NCBI GenBank assembly: GCA_964016885.1 | Contig: OZ024742.1 | Coordinates: forward strand, 10,478,001 to 10,542,000 | Length of the DNA stretch: 64,000 bases | Direction: 5' to 3' | Origin: Eledone cirrhosa | Taxonomy: Eukaryota | In this document: positions 55,301 through 64,000 of the stretch, piece after piece | How positions within the stretch are numbered: position 1 is the first letter of the stretch | Layout of the letters: each line of letters opens with the position of its first letter | Position numbers and translations under genes: made by a program | The notes under the pieces: model-generated | Seen by the model: only the letters and a program-made list of their open reading frames with translations | Told to the model about the DNA's origin: nothing | Database searches by the model: none

Positions 55301-56080
55301 CCCACACTGTAAAGCTATCCTGTAGGAGTCACAACAAAAAGCACCCAGTACACACTGTAAAGCTATCCTGTAGGAGTCACAACAAAAAGCACCCAGTACA
55401 CACTGTAAAGCTATCCTGTAGGAGTCCTGACAAAAAGCACCCAGTACACACTGTAAAGTCGAGGTGTAGGAGTCCTGACAAAAAGTACCCAGTACACACT
55501 GTAAAGTCGAGGTGTAGGTGTCATGACAAAAAGCACCCAGTACACACTGTAAAGTCGAGGTGTAGGAATCCTGACAAAAAGCACCAAGTACACACTGTAA
55601 AGTCGAGGTGTAGGTGTCATGACAAAAAGCACCCAGTACACACTGTAAAGTCGAGGTGTAGGTGTCATGACAAAATGCACCCAGTACACACAGTAAAGCC
55701 ATGATGTAGGTGTCATGACAAAATGCACCCAGTACACACTGTAAAGTCGAGGTGTAGGTGTCATGACAAAAAGCACCCAGTACACACTGTAAAGTCGAGG
55801 TGTAGGTGTCATGACAAAATGCACCCAGTACACACTGTAAAGTCGAGGTGTAGGTGTCATGACAAAATGCACCCAGTACACACTGTAAAGTCGAGGTGTA
55901 GGTGTCATGACAAAAAGCACCCAGTACACACAGTAAAGCCATGATGTAGGAGTCCTGACAAAAAGCACCCAGTACACACTGTAAAGTCGAGGTGTAGGTG
56001 TCATGACAAAAAGCACCCAGTACACACAGTAAAGCCATGATGCGGGTGTCATGACAAAATGCACCCAGCCAACACTGTAA
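49372..56080 (+). repeat. 48-bp minisatellite (~139 copies) expanded from the RTE 3' UTR module
   Basis: Unit AAAAAGCACCCAGTACACACTGTAAAGCTATCCTGTAGGWGTCACAAC; runs directly into the RTE terminal sequence. Confidence 0.95.
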
Positions 56081-56226
56081 ATGTGGTTGGCATTACAAAG
56101 CGTATCCAGCTGTAGAAACAGATCCAGAAACAGTTCTCTATGAGCAAGACATGGTCACCTGACCTGGCATTTTTCACAACAGGACAACTCACCTTGCGTA
56201 GAGAAATGGACATTAAAGGATGATGA
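56060..56226 (+). mobile_element. RTE 3' terminus contiguous with the 48-bp array
   Basis: CACTGTAAATGTGGTTGG...ATCCAGCTGTAGAAA...ATGAGCAAGAC...GGACATTAAAGGATGATG. Confidence 0.8.
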
Positions 56227-56540
56227 ATTAAATATATAATTATGATGTAGTATACCACTATTACTTTGGTAAGGTGAGAGAAGCTCAATGCAGACTAAAG
56301 TCCTGCAATTAACTTAACATTTACATATGTATCTACCATATATCACCTGTCAGGAACAAATGTAGAAATTTTAAAATGTTTTTAAGTTGTTAACTCTGGT
56401 TTTTCTTCATTCCAACTATATATATATTAGATAGTCGGAGCCCGACAGTTGAGCTCTTGCCTTTTCAACAGCTAGTTTCAGACTGTAGGCTGTTGACTAA
56501 TGGTCTAACTAGTTTAATACTGGTTCTATCCTGATATATT

Positions 56541-56843
56541 ATCATCATCATCATCATCATTTTACGTCCGCTTTTCTCTGCTTGCAAGGGTGGGATGGGT
56601 CCTATTCAGCACAGCATCTCTCCACTTATCACGGTCCTTATCATCTGTGAGCTTCAGTGATCTGAGGTCTGCTCTCACCACCTCTGCCCATGTTTTTTGT
56701 GGTCTTCCTTTTACTGGCATTTCTTGGCACTTCTTCACCCAGCGGTCATCCTCTATGTGCATCACATGTCCATACCATCGCAGTCTTCTCTCCTGCACAC
56801 TACAACTTATCCCTCTTATACACAGTTTCTCTCTCAACTCATC
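56541..56843 (-). mobile_element. RTE 3' end (short-UTR subfamily)
   Basis: ERRLRWYGHV..GRPQKTW..REKRT stop immediately before (GAT)n; homologous to 23480-23790. Confidence 0.88.
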
Positions 56844-57002
56844 TATATGGAGGAAGGTTATATTAGACATTATGCTCATTCCTTTATGTGTGAGACTTGG
56901 TTGCTATTTCTAGCAGGCTGAGCAACCATACAAGGGAGTATTGGATTGGCTTCACTTCAATGTTTCCATATAGTTAGATCAATATATAAGCTTGTGTATG
57001 CT

Positions 57003-57037
<35 letters not shown>

Positions 57038-57636
57038 ACAAGTGTATATATACACACACACATCCACCCTTGTATACATGTAGTTATATTCTCTCTATAT
57101 ATAAATAAATATACATATATGGATGCATGTATGTATGTATATGTATGTATGTGTATATACATTTATATACACATATATCATCTTTTTATGTCAGCTTTTC
57201 TATGGTGTATTTTAATATATAATCAGCACACACACACACAGGTATACACACATCACATGTTGATACAAATACCCTCTTACGTAACCATTCCCACATACAC
57301 TCTTACACTTATTTGCAAGCACACCCACACATACATTTACACCTACACACCCACACTTACACACATTTACACACACAAACACACACACTCACACGTCACA
57401 CATGTATAAACATTGAAGCTGCCAGCTTTAGATTGATGGGAAAGGGTGAAATGAGTGCAAAAGATGTAACCAGATGATTCTGTTCATGTCTCAAGACATG
57501 CCAACATTTCTTACCAATCAATAAACAACAGAATTGGCAAGATTTAGATCTTCGCAGTTTTATTCCAATCCTCGTGTAAGCTGAACTGTTAAACCTACTT
57601 GTAGTACCAGTAATATACTCTCCTTTACTTCTCTCT

Positions 57637-57676
<40 letters not shown>

Positions 57677-57881
57677 ATCTCTGGTATCAGTCACTAGATT
57701 GTGACCATGCTGGGGCATGACTTTCTTAGGATTTATTTGATTATATCATCTCCAGTACCTATTTGTTTTTATAAAGTCTGGAACCAGTAAATCTTCTTGT
57801 AGTACCAGTAATATCTTCTTCTTATACCCCCCTCTCTCTCTCACTCTCTCTTTCTCCCCCTCTCTCTATGTCTCCCCCCCC

Positions 57882-57929
<48 letters not shown>

Positions 57930-59216
57930 TTCTTTACTGGTTTCAGACTCTAGATGTGCATGTCTGCATATAGATGTGTATATGTAGATGTGTGTATGTG
58001 TCTGTATATGTCTATGTATGTATGTATATACATACATATATGTGTATGTATGTGAGTGATGGCTGTATGCATATACATAATATATATATATATATATATA
58101 AATATAAATTAACGAGAATCGTATTTCGGCTTTGGAATTAGCGAAAAACCACTTCCGAGATGTGTGGCAAGTGCTCAATAATTCTAACGAACCAGAGCTA
58201 CAACATAAGTTAAAGGCTAAACACACTGAGACGATGGTTAAACCATCATCCACACAGCCATAGAAACGACCAAGTAATTCGGGTCAAACAAATAAAAAAA
58301 TGTGATTGAAAAATTTACCCGGACGCCTGGATGGTTGGTAAAATCCAGCATTTGGGTTTCTGCGACTCCTAAATCAAGTACTGTCCACTTAGACAAATAA
58401 TGTTAGGCTTCTGGTAAGATGATTGAACAAGGAAGTCACTTTCTCAACAGGTTTTAGTTCAAGTGCCAGATATATATATACACACGCACATATATATGTG
58501 TGTGTATATATATATGTGTGTGTATATATATATGTGTGTGTATATATATGTGTGTGTATATATATGTGTGTGTGTGTATATATATGTGTATATATATATG
58601 TGTATATATGTGTGTGTGTGTGTATATATGTGTGTGTATATATATGTGTGTGTGTATATATATATATGTGTGTATAATTGTATATTTACCAAAGCCAGTT
58701 ATCAATAGTACAATTATACAAATATTTAATGACATCAAAACCAGGTCAAAAACTTAATTCATCAGAGGCTTAGCTTCTATTTTGGAACATATGCACACAC
58801 ACACACACACACATATACTCATACTTACAGTACACACACACACATACACATACTTACAGTAACACACACACACATACATATACACATACTTACAGTAACA
58901 CACACACACACACAGTTACATGCACATACATACAGTAACACATACACACACACAGTTACATGCACATACATACAGTAACACATACACAGTTACATACTCA
59001 CACATACACACAGTTACATACATATACACACACATACAGTAACACATACTTACAGTAACATACACACACACATACAGTAACACATACTTACAATAACATA
59101 CACACACACACATACAGTAACACATACTTACAGTAACACATACTTACAGTTATATACATACAAATATCTATTAATTAATACATAGATAATTATTTAAATG
59201 ATATACTGCTAAGTTT

Positions 59217-59298
<82 letters not shown>

Positions 59299-59492
59299 GG
59301 AGGGAAAGCATGTTAAATCATATCATCATCATTTAATGTCCATTTTCCCTTTACACACACATACATATATACATACATACATAATATATATATATATATA
59401 TATATATACATTATATATATATATATATATCATATATGTATATATATGTATATATAACTTGCATCTATCATATTCCAGTTTCATACATGTGA

Positions 59493-59531
<39 letters not shown>

Positions 59532-59657
59532 ATAACTATGTGAAAAGCTGGAGGTATTAAATTCCAGACAAATCTGTCAAGAATGTTGTGATGATGATTG
59601 ATGTGTTTATTGCTATTTCTTAATTGATTGTATTTACATATACTGTACATATATATA

Positions 59658-59870
59658 TAGGATAATGTTCAAGACCCCGACGGCAGAGCTCAAGCCATTT
59701 TGATGGCTATTTATTTCTGAGAAATAGCCCTCGAAACGGCTTGAGCTCTACCGTCGGGGTCTTGAACATTTTCCTATTACCCACCCTACTACTATTAACC
59801 ACTCTACTACCCTAAGTATTGAGTACTCTGGTGCGTTATGGTCCACTTGGTTCCTTACACTTCCTTCGTT
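59658..59870. mobile_element. Fold-back element with tail
   Basis: Arms 59658-59712 / 59720-59775 plus shared tail; TA-flanked. Confidence 0.8.
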
Positions 59871-59873
59871 ATA

Positions 59874-59978
<105 letters not shown>

Positions 59979-59994
59979 TGTGGTGCAGTGTAAA

Positions 59995-60059
<65 letters not shown>

Positions 60060-60419
60060 TGGAATGTGGTGCAGTGTAAACCTATATATATATATATATA
60101 TCATACAGAGATGGGAAGACATCGACTCCTTAAGCTGTAGTGTAGTCACTCCAACTAAAAACTGATTTAGTGTGGAGAGGACTGTTGAGCCCAGTAAGGT
60201 TCCCTCTCTAGTACTGATGGCATGAAGAATGCACCCACACCACACTGTGATGTGGGTGCTGATAGGAAGGGGATCTAACCAGAAAAAACCCTGCCAAAAT
60301 TATGGAAAGTATCACACGCACACACACATCTTTTATAATAGATATGAAATATAGCGATTGTTGTTCAAAGTTCCAAGATAAGGTTGGAAGGGGTTTCACT
60401 AAATGTGGAGATGGTAGCG

Positions 60420-60895
60420 GGGGCTACAGATGCTGGGCTACAGTTGTTGGGCTACAGATGCTGGGCTACAGTTGTTGGGGATACAGTTGCTGGGCTACAG
60501 TTGCTGGGGCTACAGTTGCTGGGCTACAGTTGCTGGGCTACAGATGCTGGGCTACAGTTGCCGAGGAAACAGTTGCTAGGCTACAGATTCTAGGGCTAGG
60601 CTGGGTTAGAGATGCTGGGCTACAGTTGCTGGGCTACAGATGCTGGGCTACAGTTGTTGGGCTACAGATGCTGGGCTACAGATGCTGGGCTACAGATGCT
60701 GGGCTACAGTTGTTGGGGATACAGTTGCTGGGCTACAGTTACTGCGCTACAGTTGCTGGGCTACAGTTGCTGGGGCTACAGTTGCTGGGCTACAGATGCT
60801 GGGCTACAGATGCCGAGGAAACAGTTGCTAGGCTACATATTCTAGGGCTAGGCTGGGTTAGAGATGCTGGGCTACAGTTGCTGGGTTAGAGATGG
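60420..60895. repeat. GCTGGGCTACAG(A/T)T 14-15-bp repeat with ~245-bp block duplication
   Basis: CCGAGGAAACAGTTGCTAGG...GGGTTAGAGATG block occurs at 60561 and 60813. Confidence 0.88.
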
Positions 60896-61484
60896 AGATT
60901 GATTGGACATAATTGTGTTTACTTTAATTATTTAGTTTATTTAATTTGATTTCATTAATGTGAAGTATTTTCAGTGTTGGAACTACTAATGTCTACTGTC
61001 ATGTAGATTATAGATTAGATAGCTTCTTGTTAGAGTCCTGAGTGGTGGGCAAGGATAGGTTGGTATAAGGAGGGAGAACTTGATGGTGGAGATGGGTATA
61101 GGGTGGTATAAGGAGGGAGGTCGGGGTAAGGATAGGTTGGTATAATGGAGGAGGACATCCTAATGTAGAATCTCTGCATGATAACACAGAATTAAAATAA
61201 CCCTAACATATGGAATCCATCTTTGGCTTAATATCAGTATAACCTTGCCAATTGTTACTCTTAGAATCATTCCAATGACATTCGTCCTTTCTTTCCTCCT
61301 TTCTTCCTTTCATTCTTTCTTTTTGGGTTTTTTTCTTCTATTCTGTTATATTTTCCTCTCTATAAACATGGACTGCCCCATCTGCAATAATTCTTCTTTC
61401 CGTTTGTTGCCTATCAATATAAGTTTGTCGTGCATGTATGTTGTGTGTGTTATGTGTGTGTTATGTTTGTGTTATGTGTGTGTG

Positions 61485-61533
<49 letters not shown>

Positions 61534-61569
61534 CATGTTTCTCCCTGTCTTCATCCATCTGTCGCTCTC

Positions 61570-61823
61570 TCTCACACACACACCCACTCTCTCTCTCTCT
61601 CAATATATATATATAACATACACACACACCCACTCTCTCTCTCTCTCAATATATATATAACATACACACACACCCACTCTCTCTCTCTCTCAATATATAT
61701 ATATAACATACACACACACCCACTCTCTCTCTCTCTCAATATATATATAATATACACACACACCCACTCTCTCTCTCAATATATATATAACATACACACA
61801 CACTCTCTCCCTCTCTCTCTCAA

Positions 61824-61894
<71 letters not shown>

Positions 61895-61988
61895 CTCTCT
61901 CTCTCTCTCAATATATATATAACATACACACACACACCCACTCTCTCTCTCTCAATATATATATAACATACACACACACACACACACT
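61570..61988. repeat. (CA)n-(CT)n-(TA)n compound repeat
   Basis: Direct reading. Confidence 0.85.
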
Positions 61989-62039
61989 TCTCCGTGAATC
62001 TTCATCCTTCTCTCTCTCTTTCACTCTATATATAATGCT

Positions 62040-62150
62040 AATAATAATTGTTTGTTTCTACTTTTGGCACAAGGCCAGCAATTACTCCAGTACATTACTG
62101 GTACTTTATTTTATCAACTCCATAAGGATGAACAGCAAAGTAAACCTGAT
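62040..62150 (-). mobile_element. Diverged SINE fragment
   Basis: Matches 11581-11680. Confidence 0.75.
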
Positions 62151-62789
62151 AATTATACTGAAATTCTAGTGTACTGTGCCCAGGGGTGCTACAACTTTCT
62201 CATCCAAACTTATATGTGTGTGTACTATAGTTTCTTACATGTTAAATATAGTGAGTGGAAACATTTCATTTAACTAAGATTATCCTTGCAATTTGAAGAC
62301 ACATTCTCCCATTAGGAGAAATTCAGACCTAAAAACTGTAATCAGGGAATATAATTCCTACAATATTAGTTGATCTGCAAAGTGCAGAGTGTACTGGGTG
62401 TATTTTATTGTACCACCGCATCAGTACTAGGGGGGTTGTCATGTCTTTTACATAACTGAAGAATCCACTCAATCCTTTGTTTTAGCTAGATGACCTTCAT
62501 ATCACCAATCACTTTACAGAGTGTACTGGGTGTATTTTATTGTGTCACCAAGACTAAGAAACATTGTCATGTATTCAACACAACTGTATAGTCCCCTCAC
62601 CCTCCCGCTTTTTTATTTTGGCATTGATATAATATTAGATAAGGTAAATGTTAAAATAGTTTGACTGGAATTAAGGTTGGTTGTAACTGTTGTGATGATA
62701 TTAATCTATTTGATGCCGTATTTCTAATTACATAAGTCGTATTTCTAATTACATAAGTCGTATTTCAATTAATTATTGAAGAATTTTGA

Positions 62790-63050
62790 GAGATTTACTT
62801 CTTCTTTACCCACTTATTCCTGGTAGGGTCATGGAGGCAGAGTCCTCAAACAATCCTTCTAGCAGGTCCTTCAGAAACAACTGTCTCCAATTGATCAAGC
62901 TGGATCCCCAAGAAGTCCAGCCAAGCTCATGGATGTTATCCAACCATCTTGCTCGGGGTCTACCCCTGGGTCTCCTGCCAGTTGATTTTGCCCATAAAGT
63001 CTGTCCAGCGATTTTTTTTCTGAAACCATTTAACCACATGTCCGTAATAG
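62790..63050 (-). mobile_element. 3' coding fragment of a distinct RTE-like LINE
   Basis: GRRPRGRPRARWLDNI motif typical of the RTE C-terminus. Confidence 0.65.
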
Positions 63051-63366
63051 TGGAAGTGTAATCTCTCAATTCAGTGAAGCAGCAATTTTCTGATTTCTGA
63101 GCTACGCACTCTATCGCGTTACATTACTCCAAAGAACCTTTATCAATACAAGCAGTCGAAATGGGCATTTACTAAAATTAATAATTATTTTATTGTGAAG
63201 ATGGTATTTGTAATAAAACTTAATAAAAAGTTCTTAAACAACATACCAGAAGATTTTCAATTTATATAGGAATCGTTTAAAAGTGGAAGGCTTCATTTTA
63301 CAGAACCAGAGCCTGTTTTGGCTGTTAATATTAAAAGTGTTAAGAGATTTGGTCATTTTGCTGTAC

Positions 63367-63565
63367 TACAAGGATTGAAAAGTTCATAAGCTGACTCTGA
63401 AGGGGTGATGTTAGTACTGTGAAATCTTGCATGCATGAATTTTCAACTCTTCTTATTAATAATTGTATTGTTTCTTTCTAGGGACTATGTAGAAAAATAA
63501 ACCTCATTTGATCATTCCATGAGAGTATCTTGGTCAGCCTATGAACCTGTCAGTCGACCCTTGTA
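63367..63565. mobile_element. Tc1/mariner-type MITE
   Basis: TGAAAAGTTCATAAGCTGAC / GTCAGCCTATGAAC..TCAG...CCCTTGTA TIRs; interior is the reverse complement of 17810-17950. Confidence 0.75.
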
Positions 63566-64000
63566 GATATAACAAAAGAATTATTTCCTTGAGATATAAA
63601 GCTTCTTAGAGAAGCCAATAGATTCCTCAATAGAATGTCATGCCAGAGATGTGGATGGCATTAGAAATTATGTTTATAATGTCTATAACTGTGGTTATGG
63701 GAGAGAGAAAGTTTAGTTTACTAAAGTTTCTAAAGAGATATTTGTTCCATTGTGTTGTTGGTCCATGACACAAGAAAGATTAAATTATTTGACAATTTTG
63801 TCAAAAGAAAATGATATTGTAGAAAAATATAGAAACAGAAAATACTATGAAAACATTTTCTGATTTAAAGACAAGACAAAATGTTTTAGTTAGGATAATA
63901 TATGTTTTTCTCTGTCTGTTATTTTGTTTATATTCATTAATTTATTGGGGAGAAAAGCTGTTAACTTCTATAAAAGGTCACCAACACTTTCTCTCAGCCA

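Noticed and set aside
49480-56064. Cys-rich 16-aa repeat ORFs
   Set aside because: 48-bp satellite traceable to a LINE UTR, with frameshifting units.

Overview
Repeat-saturated, AT-rich animal genomic DNA. I infer a cephalopod (probably Octopus) from the (TA)n/(CA)n density and the RTE LINE and tRNA-SINE families. No host protein-coding gene can be called with confidence, and nearly all long ORFs in the track are read-through of micro- or minisatellites. The real content is: (1) many 5'-truncated RTE-clade LINE copies with (GAT)n tails and a PHD-like finger after the RT core; (2) a Penelope-like element (PLE) fragment with a GIY-YIG endonuclease and ~570-bp inverted pseudo-LTRs; (3) tRNA-derived SINEs, mariner-type MITEs and a fold-back element sitting in (TA)n; (4) large minisatellites, two of which (47 and 48 bp units) derive from a repeat module in the RTE 3' UTR. 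The most notable signal is a set of minimal type I hammerhead ribozyme (HHR) motifs from at least four unrelated families, found by eye and mostly inserted in (TA)n. They include a non-coding 310-bp tandem retrozyme-like array with an inverted copy (689-1734) and non-canonical core variants (U3-A8 covariant; U4A). Ribozyme activity is predicted from motif and pairing only.
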